NCBI GenBank assembly: GCA_012295275.1
Contig: CM022665.1
Location: 23,188,001-23,252,000 of the forward strand
Length of the DNA: 64,000 nt
From: Chrysomallon squamiferum
Lineage: Eukaryota > Animalia > Mollusca
Reading direction: 5' to 3'
A program made the translations under genes and the position numbers. The notes under the pieces are model-generated. The model had not been told where the DNA came from, did not search any database, and was given only the letters and a program-made list of their open reading frames with translations. Shown here piece by piece: positions 26,815-49,212 of the stretch. How positions within the stretch are numbered: position 1 is the first letter of the stretch; each line of letters starts with the position of its first letter.

Positions 26815-28558
26815 TAATAAATAAATCAAAATAACAAAAAATTAAAAAACTTAGGTCTTTTATCTTCTAGTAATTTTGTTATCTAAAGTTGTTATTATTA
26901 TGCCTGCTGTTCTTTCCTAGATATAAGCCACCCTGATATAAGCCACTAACACAATCTATTAATTTATTTGTAGTCTAATACCTTCTCATGAAAAGAAAGA
27001 AGGAAAGAAAAAAAGCACAATCTAATCTCGTCACCGGTAAAAATAATGTTAATCTCATTTTTAGTTTACGCTGTCATTTATTTTATTTATTTACTGTTTA
27101 TTTTGTTGAAAACTGTTTCAAGGAAAATTTTATTTGAGCCTTTTAGTATTATTTTTTCAAATCAGTCAGTAAATGTGTAAATAACAGGGCAGTAGTGGTT
27201 AAGGTCATGATATCAGCTACAATTTGTTTGTATATCGGTTTTCTCAAAGTGTACGTTTAACTTAAACAACATTAAATATTAATTAAAACTTTAATCATTA
27301 TTTGAAACTTTAATGCAAGAAAAATGAAAACGTTAGTGAAAATAAAAAGTAAATTAGTAATAACAAATTTGTATTCTCGATGAATCGTCAAACATACTTA
27401 ATCGTTGGGATATAAAACAAAGACGCTGATAAATATTGAATAAAACAAATTTAAAAGTGATGTTTATCCTAGACACCGTACAATAAAACACAGGGTTATT
27501 TCCACGACCGTGTTTGCTTTCACAGAGCTTGTAATTACAATCATACCAAATATACAAGAGCTGGTGTGAATTTAGTATTAAAGTAATGAAGCTGAAACTT
27601 CAGGGCCGCTGTTACCAGAAGCGACTTCAGTCCACATTTCTTCAAAATTTTAATCAACATTTAAGATGTGTCTATATTTTTAAAACCTGTCATGGGACCT
27701 TGCCATAGAAGAACATAAGAGTAATTATCCAGATCTCGTTGTTCAAGCTTCAGGGTCCCCCAAAATGTAGATACACCACTGAACAAGATTTGTCTATATT
27801 ATCCTCTTTTTTTTAATATTATGTTTTTTTATTTGAATTTTTAAACATTTTAGTTATTGTCTTTTATACAGGACTTTTTCACCCGTTTTGGGGAATTCCC
27901 TTCAAACACGGGTACTAATCAATTCGATAATGTTTTTTCTTGTAAACAATTACTATCTTACAGCAAGTATTAAAACGTCTGTAAGCCGTTTCTCACTGCA
28001 GTAAGGCTTTCGTTTTCAACAATCCACAGACCGTGAAAATAAAATAAAAATACATAATTTTCACTAAAACTGCAAATAACAAACAACCAAATAAGTGCAA
28101 TAATTTTATTAATTTTGAATTGAAACAAAATTAAAATATTAAATAATTTACGGGTTCAAAAACTAAAAATAGAAATGGAAACCAAAATCTCACGATTGTT
28201 TATTTTGTAATATTATTGTTTATTAGTTACTATTTCATTAATCTTATTAAGCCTTCTCAACCTCCACAAAAAACATAAACACACAAAAACAAAAATAAAC
28301 AGCCCTAATTAACAAGAAACAAACCATGTTTTTTTCAATCGTTTTTCTTCTTCTTCTTTTTTTAAAATTTTTATTTAATTTCTGACATTTATTTATGAAT
28401 ATTACCTGGACATTCTCTTCCCTGTAGATAGCAAGGTTACTAAATATCTGAATTACATCTTTGACAAATATTAGTTTAGATACAATAATCTATATTTATG
28501 TATCCGATTGAAAAGCATTCACAAAAACACCATAATTATCTTTCATTATACTAACACG

Positions 28559-28592
<34 letters not shown>

Positions 28593-29835
28593 AAAAAAAA
28601 ATATATGTTGTAGAGTTCAGGCTTGTTTCTTAAATATATTTACTGTGGTGGTTTCCTTCGCTCTCTTCTTTTATTTCTTATGAAAAAAATCCAAATTTAA
28701 ATCTTTGTTTGATATAAAAATTCTCATGATCTGTGCTATTAATTTCTGCTTCTTTTGACCCCATCAAAGTAAAATAAGTAAACGTAACCATCCAAGATTA
28801 TTACCATAAAGAAGAATATCAAAGAATGAAATGTGGATGTTCTATTGACCATCATTTATAGAATTGTCCATCAGAATTAAGAAAGATGCCCAACAGCCAG
28901 AAATACAAAAAGGTTGCGGAAATAAAAAGACCAGCAAGTAAAGCAACTGGAAATGGACGACCAAAATGTATTTACTATAAGGAAGCCTCTGAAAAAATTT
29001 AGCATTCCCAGAACAGTTTGTGCAAGAAAATATCAACTGTCTAAAGAAGAATATTGCTGATTAACCCAACACCACAAACACACTTTAATTGACATCTACA
29101 AGAACAAGGATTCCCACTTCTTTCAATACATCTTCCTTTTTAAAATGTTTTCATGCTGCCAAACATAATCTGTAACGAACTAGACGAATTCTAGGAAATA
29201 TGTAAGTCCAATCTGACTTTAATAACATTAAAATTTGCATCAGTTCAGCAAGAATGGAACAAGCTGAAACCCTGGTAATTCAATACATTTTCCGATAATT
29301 TGATTAACTGAAAAACCCAGAAAATGTACCTATCAGTAACAACTATCATAGATATTTTATTTTATTTTATTTTATTTTTAATATTATCACGATTTTTACT
29401 TCTTTTCTTTGGATCGGCGTGTGTGGTTAATTAACAATATACATTTTCATTATAGCAAAAGTTCAAAATGTGCAAATAAAATAAATGCTTGTGGGTGTGT
29501 TTCTGATTAGATATCTTAAAAATTATTAGTTTTAAAGCACCTTTCAAAATTACCAGCATTTTATCTTCCCGCAGATAACATAGTGTCAAAATGAGTACAA
29601 ATACATTGAATTTATCAAAAAAAAAAAAACTCAAGACATTAATTATTGCGTATCTTTGACAGATCTGTACAGTATCACTTAAATGCATCTCTACAAAGTC
29701 ATTTTATTTCTTTCGATAGTGAAAAACTATCAGTTTCATTTTGTTCATTCAGGTACAGCTCTGTCAAAGAGTAAAAATAAGCAAGTCACTATTACATGGA
29801 TTTCATAATGAAATAGAAATGATAGGTCGAATATT
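26580..29835. repeat. Block Y: older direct duplication with about 44520-48387 (3' flank of the ..VAKQ* terminal exon)
   Basis: Aligned segments e.g. 27057-27494 with 45487-45918, 26854-27055 with 45918-46110, 27996-29835 with 46329-48387; visibly more diverged than block X. Confidence 0.85.
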
Positions 29836-36599
<6,764 letters not shown>

Positions 36600-37840
36600 T
36601 GTTTCAGCACTGAAACAACGAATAATAATTGTATAAAATAACCAGTAAACACTCAACCACTAACGAATAAAATCTTTTATCCCTTTAAAAAAAAAAAAAA
36701 ATACAAGAAAATAAAGTTACAAACATATGAAATGTCAGATATAGAAGGCGCCATTTATGAAGTCATCTGTTAGTGGAGTTAAAAAATAATAAGAAACAAA
36801 AAAGAAAAAAGAAAAAGAAAGAACGTACGAAAGATAGAAAGAAAAAAAACGGGTTTGACTGTCTGTAAATAATATTCGGATACAGAAGTGTGAGCTGTAA
36901 CAATAACAAATGACTGAGTAATTTAATTAATAATCACTGAACTGGGCCACTAGTAAACAGTCGGTAGGTATTTAGAGATTTACTGTGAGCTAATAAATAA
37001 AATAAAAAACGCAAAATAGAGTAAAACAATAGAATAGCAAATACTGCACACATGTTCTCTAAGTAATTTCGCATTAATAAAAAAATGAAAATTAACAAAT
37101 TCCGTATAAATATTTCATTCACTGTCATATACGTTATAAATTACAGAAACCAGGTGTTACTATGCATGTTCATGTAAATCTTTTTTTTATGGATACTTGT
37201 AGCTCTGAAGTGTATATCGTAACGCTGAAATAAAGTCACTCTTTATTTACAGGCGACGGAGCGGTTGGTCTGCCCGTAATTTACACAAATAAAAACACAA
37301 ATGCCAGTTTCTAATAAAAGAGAGTATTTTTATCAGTCGATATATTAATTCATTACGTAGAATAAACTACGTGTAGACTACGACCTGTTTTCAGTCTGAT
37401 ACATTTGGGAAAACAGTTTGCATCAAAGCCTGTTGATTTTAATCGCTATAAATGTCTTCCATCGCCAGTAATTCATCATTGACTTTTAATGCTTTTCTTG
37501 CTTTAGAAACCAGAATATCTATTACGATGTACAGTTCCGTGAACTACATTTGTTATAATGGGTTTTTTGTCTTTAAGACACCGATAACTGCTCTTAGCAT
37601 GAGGTAATCAACGAAAGCAATACACATCTGTTATTTCTTTTTTGTTTATTTCTTTTTATTTGTTAGTTTTTTCTCTCTGTCGTTTCTTCTTTCTTTTTCT
37701 TCTTCTTATTATTATTCTTTTCTTTTCTTTTTTTTATTTATCAAACATGCTTCAGGTTATGCGTATGACTGCTTTGCTGAACTCTGATTTAACCATGAAT
37801 ATATGTAACCTTGAACTGACCGTAAAATACTCACTACAGT

Positions 37841-38054
37841 GTATATGTAGTTTAGGATTTTGAATATTCTCTGTCTTATGTACGTCTTAACAGACTCTGC
37901 ACACAGAAAATATTCGGGAACGCACTGGCGCAGGAGGACAAAGTCTAATCATGACCTCACAAACCCGCCAGGTGCCGCTGACGAGACTCGAACGTATGGC
38001 ACCCATCCGCCCACACTTCGAAGGCGGACGATGTTACCGTTCGGCCACCGAGAC
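37841..38054 (-). mobile_element. tRNA-derived SINE (about 215 bp) in the 5' UTR intron of B2
   Basis: Pol III A-box TGGCCGAACGG (38047-38037), B-box GTTCGAGTC (37993-37985), CTTCGAA loop reminiscent of tRNA-Arg(TCG); 3' body repeated at 20976-21070. Confidence 0.75.
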
Positions 38055-38472
38055 AACCCTATATACGTACGTATGTTTGTAGGTATGTATGCATGTATGT
38101 AAGTGTGTTTCCCTGTGTTTATGGATGTATTGGTGTGTGTATGTGTGTATGTACGTATGTATGCACTGATGTATGTACATATCTCAGTATATAATGTATG
38201 CATATATGCATAGATATTTATATATTTATATGTATATCTGTGTATGTATATATGTATGCATGTATGTGTGTGTTTCTGCGTGTAGGTGTATGTACGTTCA
38301 TTCGGTTATTATACAAATTAAATTAATGTGTTAAGCAAAACTTCATTTTAAAATGCATTAAATAGTATTAGACACTGAAATTTTACTTTCGAGAGAAAAC
38401 CTAGAACACACTACTAAATAAATAACATAGTATAGGAATAAATAAAAACGTAAAAAAATTCGAAGTACTTAC

Positions 38473-38634
38473 AGTTCAGTGTACAAAAGTTTTCTGTATC
38501 AAAACTGTCAACTGTGTGTAACATAGACCTGAGCTTGGTTTTTATACATTTTCGTCTTTTGCATATTCAAATTTACAAATTCTATTTAAAAGGGTGTTTC
38601 AAGGGTACCCGACATCTAATCGGTTTCTCATTGG
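38473..38634 (-). promoter_or_regulatory. B2 non-coding first exon and promoter (TATA, octamer-like, CCAAT)
   Basis: Donor GTAAGT at 38472; TATAAAA 38546-38540; ATGCAAAA 38564-38557; CCAAT 38634-38630; the TATA-octamer block is shared with 57310-57346. Confidence 0.6.
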
Positions 38635-39008
38635 CTGCCTGTGTAAAGGTGTGGACTTACGTCAAACAACAATTATTATAATTTAAATAGCGGTAACAAA
38701 TATGTAAATACTAATGAACTTACTCTTAACAATGACTCATTCCTTGAAAAGAGGTCACTTGTACATCCTTTGACGTTGCTGCGTTCTCTTCTCTTATTGG
38801 TTCTCTTCATAATCTGTTCACCTTTGTTCACACCTTTCTGGAAAATTTGACAGCTTATGACATGTAATATGAAGATCATTTTTATCGCGTATATAAGTAA
38901 ACAAAACTGAATAACTGGAAAACAAGACAGGAGTCTAGCAATAAATATTTGTATTATATGTTATGCTCCTTGTTCTATTCTTTCATTATGTTTTCTCTTT
39001 TAATGTTT

Positions 39009-39043
<35 letters not shown>

Positions 39044-39303
39044 TTATTATAATTATTATATTTTTAAGAGAAAAAAACTTTTTTTGTTTTGAGGAAAATT
39101 TTATGCATAGTGAATTACGAAATAACTGTATATACTATGCATTAAAATTACCAAATATTAATAACCTTAATGAGTTCATTCATTTCTTAAGTGAATTATC
39201 TATTTAATTATTTATTACTTTACTCTAAACTGTTGTATCTGTTATATATATAAAAAACTGACATCTAATCAAATGAAGAAATTAGAGAGAGAGAGAGAGC
39301 TCT

Positions 39304-41580
<2,277 letters not shown>

Positions 41581-42663
41581 CTAATGCAGATTTGGTTTTT
41601 ATTTTCTGTTTTATGGTTTTTGATTTTTGTTTGACTGTTTACTTATGTCGGTGAATATGTTCGTGTTTTTGTTTTAAGTAACATTTTTATATAATTAACG
41701 ATTTCTATTTTAAAATAAATATGATACAGATTCCTGTGTTAAACTTTTCTTAAGTAAACTTTTTCTTTCAATATATTTAAGATATTGTATAAATTATTAA
41801 ATATTCTCTAAAATATTCAGAGACATGAGGTGGCCGTGTTTCTAGGCTTTCTTTAATTGTCTGTCTGTTTGTTTGTTTATTTATTTATTTCATAAACAAT
41901 ATTAATGAGAAACTAGTTGACATAGGATCTTTTAGTGTAAACACTTACATTTTAGAAGAAGAAAAAATTTTACAGTTTGTAAGAAAGATGATTGCACAAT
42001 ATTGGAGTCTGACCTAGTGAAAATATAACAAGTTGTCAAATAAATGACATCCGGTTCTTTATTATGCGGTATTTCTTATAAAGATTATAGCTAATTTAAA
42101 AAAGAAAGATCGCATCTTCAAAAGAGGTTTAGAATTACACACACCATGATTGCAATAAAATCTTATAAACAGGGAACTAGTTCATGCACGAAAATATCAT
42201 TTAAAAAAAATACATATATACATACAAGAAATATACGTTTTAATAAAACCATTTTTTTTTTCTCTTTTCAGTAGAATAAAATTTTATTTTAAATGGCTAT
42301 TTGAAGGGTTTCGTGCTGTTTGAACACGAACGTCTTTTGCACACGTATGTGTATATGAGAGGGTATGCATGCATATATGTGTGTGATTCATTTAAATGAA
42401 CCATATATTTAATTTAAATGGATAACAGTCCTTTATTTAGGACCATCCGGTTTTTTCTTTCAACCTCTAAACTTACATTATACTTTATAGTTATCTTTGT
42501 TACAACATTTAGTGTATCAAAAGTAAATATTTCTTTGTTTTCCACTGGTGACAGTTCGATAAAGCGTGTAAGGTGACCTGTCATTAATAAAAATATCCTT
42601 TACCTACAGTTGCTACAGGGATTCTTTGGTTCTGACGAAAACCCAGGTTTGATAGCCCTAGAG

Positions 42664-42931
42664 CAGTGATGCGCAAAAATCTGATTTTATAGTCCGCGGC
42701 GTCTAACTTCACTGACACTATGGCCGCACAAATTTCAATGTGATTACGTAAAATCTGAAAGCGTAACCTGTATGATTTTGCATAATTTTCTAACAACGAA
42801 CCTTTGTGACAGTCATACGAATTTCATGCTGTATGAGTGTTTACCCTGTCACGCAGCTTCAATGAGACATTAAATGTGATGAGTCGACGCCCTTCCCACG
42901 GCCGAATGCGGCCGTAGGTTCCGCACCCCTG
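42664..42931. mobile_element. hAT-type MITE, same family as 43899-44315
   Basis: Termini cagtgatgcgcaa / ttccgcacccctg; degenerate 8-bp TSD ccctagag / ctctagaa (NNNTANNN); shared internal taacttcactgacactatggccgcacaaatttca. Confidence 0.8.
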
Positions 42932-43393
42932 CTCTAGAAAAAACCAGCAGCCTTATAGCATAGATAAAATCTTCAACAAAAGCAACAAAACTTCGTGAAA
43001 ACGTGTGAACGTCTAGAATGATATTTGTACTGTATGTATTAGAATTTTTTTGTTCATTAATATTAATTTTAAATAATCATTTATTATTCAGTTTGTCTCA
43101 AATGTATTGTTATACAAATGTTTTATCAATAGTCTAAGAAAAAAAAATACATTCTCTCAATGAAATCTTCTTCTTAAATTCTTCACAACAAATTACTTCT
43201 GCTCCTAAATCCACGCTGATTGATTTCATATTATTATAATATTAACACTAAAAATGTCTACTACTATTTTATGTCATCAGTCAGAGTATCCCACTCTAGA
43301 ACGCCTTATTTTTATGAAGCTGGGCGTGATACAGTCAGTGGGAATAGCACTAACTGGCGACATCGAGTAGAGAATAGAGTTATTTTTTAAAAT

Positions 43394-44441
43394 CCACATC
43401 ATTAATCTTTACAGGAGTGGGCCAGGTTCTACCACTTAACTTCATTTTTTGTCAACGGACAAAATGTAATATCCGTCAGGGTAACGTCCGTCACACACAA
43501 TTTATGTAATAATTTTATACTTTGTTTTCAAGGTGAATTGTAAGTAACAGTCTTCTACAAGCATGTCATCTTCACTCCAATGGCAAATATTTGTTTCATC
43601 AGTTTTATGGTATCAGCCCATTTGTCTCATACGTAACTTCCGTTACGTATTTCTGATTACCCATCAAGCCATAAATATCCCTGGCTCTTTTCCCTCTGAT
43701 CATAATAATCATCAGAATAACTTGAGAGGTGCAAGATATCACGGATTATATGGCCAGTTTCACTGTATACTGAAAACCTTAGATGGTGGTTATTATCTTA
43801 TGACATCAATCTTTAGTGATTTTAAAATTCTATTTACATCCTCGCTACCATAAAGCAAAGTGATCAACAATAATAATAATGTTTCTGAAACACTAAATCA
43901 GGGGTGCGCAAATTTTCTGATCTTGTAGGTCGCAGTGCTTTAACTTCACTGACACTATGGCCGCACAAATTTCATTCTGATTACGTAAAATCTGAAAACG
44001 TAACCTGTGTGACTTTAAATGCTGCATATTAAATAATAGTTGCATTTACATGGCTCACTGAGAATTGACTTCATCTCTCTAAGATTACAATAAAATTCAT
44101 AATAAAAAAGTTATTATTATTATTCATTATTTTTCTTAAATTACAACTTTAAAACTGTCGGATCCAAAAATGAACGCCTTGTTGTGTATTTGACAGACGT
44201 AGGAAACTCATCGTGTGTGAGTGTTTATACTGACACGCAGCCTCGTTCTGTTTCAAATGAAACGTTAAATGTGGTGAGGCGACATCCTTCCCTCGACCAC
44301 ACGTTGCGCACCCTGCACTAAATTAAGTCTGTTTGCCTTTTAAAAAATATGAAAATGATCTAATAGGTAAAGGGACTTAATTTAGTCAATAACAACGAGT
44401 TTTACCACTACACGAGTTCTGTCCCTTACTGATAATCTATA
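43394..44441. repeat. About 0.65-0.7 kb dispersed repeat (interrupted by a MITE), inverted copy at 61759-62484
   Basis: Reverse-complement matches e.g. gtttttcaaggtgaattgtaagtaacagtcttctacaa-like tract and gggacttaatttagtcaataacaacgagtttta. Confidence 0.85.
43899..44315. mobile_element. hAT (Charlie/Buster-like) MITE with perfect 8-bp TSD
   Basis: TIRs caggggtgcgcaa / ttgcgcaccctg; TSD cactaaat at 43891-43898 and 44316-44323; empty site (single atttagtg) at 61885-61892. Confidence 0.92.
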
Positions 44442-44471
44442 GCGTGCGTGTATGAATGTATGCAATATGAA

Positions 44472-44544
<73 letters not shown>

Positions 44545-47500
44545 TAATAATAAATTAATAAAATAAACTGGATTTACTTTAGGCAAATTAGTAAAATTCG
44601 TTCGGAATGTGTTTTATCATTTTGGAATGCAATATGAATATATGAAAGAGAAAATTTAAGCAAAATTATTTGTTTGATAATAATTAAAATATGTACTGCT
44701 AGATAGCTACAAACGGGAGACATGAAAATGTGTTGTCAGCATAATATTCGTAAAACATAAAATAATTAAGAAAAAGGATAAAAGTTATCTTGATATATAT
44801 GTACACACTATTCCGATTTAACAATATTTGCTTATCCCCAAATAATTATGTTTCAAATTAGTTTATTAAATTTGAAAAAAGTCTACTCTGATGGCTGTAA
44901 ACAAAATAAGAAAAATAAGAATTATAATAAAATAAAATGTTTTTTTTGAGTTAAAGAACGATTTCAAAAATAATAGTTTATTATTACTAATGTTATTTTT
45001 TGTTTCTTTCTGTTTGTCGTTGATTTAATGTTCAGATTTTTTTTTATAATATCATAATTAATAAAATTATTTCATTTATTTGTATTCTAGTATTTTGTCA
45101 TTTTCAGGCTTAAAAATTGACTGTTTACCGACTTCTATATTCACAGAAGTTAAAACTTCTTGGCTGTTGTTATTTGTTTATTTATGTTATTATATAGAAA
45201 TGTTCATCACGTGAATAAATCACTGAAAAAAAGAAATAAAATTAAAGGAAACAAAACGTTTAGTTTTGAAATATAATAACGTATTTTCCTCATTAAATTT
45301 TAATTAATTGTTTGAAGGAAAGCAGCAACATGATTATAGTTTCCACTTCTTGTACTTTGTTTAGATTCTTTGGTTTCAGTACAATAATCATAGATATTGC
45401 TCAATATCTTTATTATACTGTTAATATTCCCCATGCCAGCTGTGATAACGCAGTTCTATTCGTTCAGTATTCGCTTCGTAAGATTATTTTAGTTTACACT
45501 GTCATTTATTTTATTTATTTACTGTTTATTTTGTTGAAAACTGTTTCAAGAGAAGTTTTATTTGAGCCTTTTAGTGTTATTTTTTCAAATCAGTCAGTAA
45601 ATGTGTAAATAACAGGGCAGTAGGGGTTAAGGTCGTGATATCAGCTACAATTTGTTCGTATACCGATTTTCTCAAAGTGTACGTTTAACTTAAACAACAT
45701 TAAATATTAATTAAATATTATTTGAAACTTTAATGCAAAAAGAAATGAAAACATTAGTAAAAATAAAAAGTAAATTAGTAATAACAAATTTGTATTCTCG
45801 ATGAATCGTCGAACATACTTAATCGTTGGGATATAAAACAAAGACGCTGATAAATATTGTATGAATAAAACAAATTTAAAAGTGATGTTTATCCTAGACA
45901 CCGTACAATAAAACACAGGTCTTCTATCTTCTAGTAATTTTGTTATCTGTAGTTGTTATTATTATTATTATTGTCGTTGTTTCCTCTGTTAAACCTGATA
46001 TAAGATACTAACACAATCTATTAATTTATTTGTAGTCTAATACCTACTCATGAAAAGAAAGAAAGAAAGAAAAAAAGCACAATCTAATCTCGTCAAAATA
46101 ATGTTAATCTCGTTCTCTGGTTTATTTCCACGACCGTGTTTGCTTTCACAGAGCTTGTAATTACAATCATACCAAATATACAAGAGCTGGGGTGAATTTA
46201 GTATTAAAGTAATGAAGCTGAAACTTCAGGGCCGCTGTTACCAGAAGCGACTTCAGCCCACATTTCTTCAAAATTTTAATCAACATCTAAGATGTGTCTA
46301 TAGTTTTAAAACCTGTCATTGGACCTTGCTGCAGTAAGGCTTTCGTTTTCAACAATCCATAGACCGTGAAAATAAAATAACAATACATAATTTTCACTAA
46401 AACTGCAAATAACAAACAACAAAATAAGTGCAACAATTTTATTAATTTTGAATTGAAACAAAATTAAAATATTAAATAATTTACGGGTTCAAAAACTAAT
46501 AACAGAAACGGAAATCAAAATAATCACTATTGTTTATTTTGTAATATTGTTGTGTATTAGTTACTGACTATTTCATTAACTTTATTTTGCCCCCTCACCC
46601 GCCAAAAAGAGAGAGAAAAAAAAAAACACAACAAGAAACAAACAAACAAAACAATGTGTTTTTTGTTTTGTTTTTTAGTGTCTTTTTTGTTTTTACAAAG
46701 TGAAAATGATGTATTTTGGGAATGATAACAATGTCTTGTTATTATTATTTAAACAAGAAAATTAATCCTCAATTTTCTGAACTTGTTTAAGAAGTTGTGG
46801 TGTGTCTTTCATTAAGTGCATTGAATCAGAGTAAATACAAATGTGTAATAAATCAGTTGAATAAAGGTGTAACTAAACACATTGTTTCTTAGATAGCATT
46901 TTGAATTTTGTGGTGCTCTGACATTTATTTCTGAATTTTAATATTACCTGGACGTTCTCATGCCTGGAGATAAGATGATTACGAAATATTTGAATTACAT
47001 CTTTGACAAATATTAGTTTAGATACAATAATCTTTATTTAGTTATCCGCTTGAAAAGCATTAAAAAAAGAATGATTCTGATGGCAAAAACATCATAACTA
47101 TGTTTCATTATAGTACACCGATTAAAACAAAATAAATAAATAAATAATAATAAAAAATAATACAAACATTCAAAATATTAATTGTAGATTTCAGTGTTGT
47201 TTGTTATTTTTATTTACTTTAGTGGTTTCCTTGGCTCTGTTCCTTTATTTCTTTTGAAAAAATCCAAACTGATCAGTAATAAAATGTTTGTTTGATTTTA
47301 AAATTCTCATGATCTGTTCTATTTATTTCTTCTTCTTGACTCCTATCAAAGTAAATTAAGTAAACGTAACCATCCAAGAAGATTATTACCATAAAGAAGA
47401 ATATCAAAGAATGAAATCCAGATGTTCTATTGACCATCACTTATAGAATTGTCCCCCAGAATTAAGAAAGACGCCAAACAGCCAGAAGAAAAAAACAATA

Positions 47501-48387
47501 TCTGGAAGTAAAAAGACCAGCAAGTAAAGAAACTGTAAATGGATGGCCAAAATGTATTTACTATCAGGAAGCCTCTGAAAGAATTCAGCATTCCCAGAAC
47601 AGTTTGTACAAGAAAATATCAATTGTCTAAATAAGAATATTGCTGATTAACCCAACACCACAAACACACTTTAATTGACCTCTACAAGAACAAAGATTCC
47701 CATTTCTTTCAATATATCTTCTTTTTTTAAAATATTTTCATGCTGCCAAAGGTAGACTGCAACTAACTAGACAAACTATAGGAATTATTTAAGTCCAATT
47801 TGACTTCAATAAAATTAAAATTTGCATTAGTTCAGCAAGAATGGAACAAGCTGAAAACCTGATTATTGAAACAAAAAAGTATCTATCAGTAACAACTATG
47901 ATAGATTATTATTATAATTATTATTATCATTATTATTATAATTTTTTTTTTTTTTTTTTTTTATCGGCGTGTATTGTTAATTAACAAAATACATTTTCAT
48001 TATAGCAAAAAGTTCAAAATGTGCAAATAAAATAAATGCTTGTGGTTGTGTTTCTGATTAGATATCTTAAAAATTATGAGTTTTAAAATACCTTTCAGAA
48101 TTACCAGCCTTTTATCTTCCTGCAGATGATGACATATTGTCAAAATGTGTACAAATACGTTCAATTTATCAAAAATACAAAACTCAGATATTAACTATTG
48201 CGTATCTTTGACAGATCTGTACACTATCATTTAAATACATCTCTACAAAGCCATTTTATGTCTTTCGATAGTGAAAAACTATCAGTCTAATTTTCTTCAT
48301 TCAGGTACAGCTCTGTCAAAGAGTAAAAATAAGCAAGTCACTATTATACGGATTTCATAATGAAATAGAAATTATAGGTCGAATATT

Positions 48388-48563
48388 TTATTGTTTGGCG
48401 ACCATGCGTGGGATGTCGTAGGACCCTGTTTCGTACAGATTCTGTTTGCTGCCCTCCACGTTACGTCGTGATGACACAACTCGAACAATGAAAACGAGGC
48501 AGATCACGAGGAGGATGAAACACGCCACCGCCATCGCAACCACAGCCGCCGTCATTTTGTTGA
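48388..48563 (-). pseudogene. Orphan copy of the EGF-ZP terminal exon (..VAKQ*), truncated by block X
   Basis: NKMTAAVVAMAVACFILLVICLVFIVRVVSSRRNVEGSKQNLYETGSYDIPRMVAKQ*; abrupt junction to block X at 48564. Confidence 0.85.
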
Positions 48564-49028
48564 AATGTGTCTGAAGTAACCGGATATTCAGTATTAAATA
48601 AACAGTAGTAATATTTCTGTTCATTTTCATTTTTAGAATCATTTTAATATTGTATAGGTGTGGGAGCCAAAAGGCCCGCTGTGCAAGTAAAATATTATTA
48701 CTAAAACATCAGCTGGAATTGAATGTCACAGAAAATTTACATTCAAACGTAATCCTACCCACACAGTAATCCCTAGATGACGTATTCTTAAAAGTATTGT
48801 TAAACTGTTACTATGCCCTTAATATTACCCGTTGTTAATATTGTTACATAACGAAACAGTACACTTCATAATTATTCTTAGCTAATCACATACCTACCTT
48901 TAATGACGTTGTTATATATTGCTAAACATTTTATTGTTGGGTTTTGGGGGCAGGCTGTTGTCTCCTTCATTTCTTTATTTTATTTTATTTTTTTCGTTTT
49001 ATTTTATTTTTTTATTTTTTTCGTTTTA

Positions 49029-49068
<40 letters not shown>

Positions 49069-49147
49069 TTTTTTGTTTCGTTTTGTTTGTTTGCTTCTTT
49101 TATTTTATTTTATTTTATTTTTTTTATTGTAGATGCTTTGACTATCC

Positions 49148-49212
<65 letters not shown>

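Noticed and set aside
28780-29120. Possible decayed LINE ORF2 (HKLFWEC-like motif on the minus strand; copy near 47600)
   Set aside because: Single short motif surrounded by stops; not enough to call.
37975-38054. Functional tRNA gene
   Set aside because: No proper acceptor stem pairing, over-long central region, and the downstream body is repeated elsewhere, so it is a SINE head.
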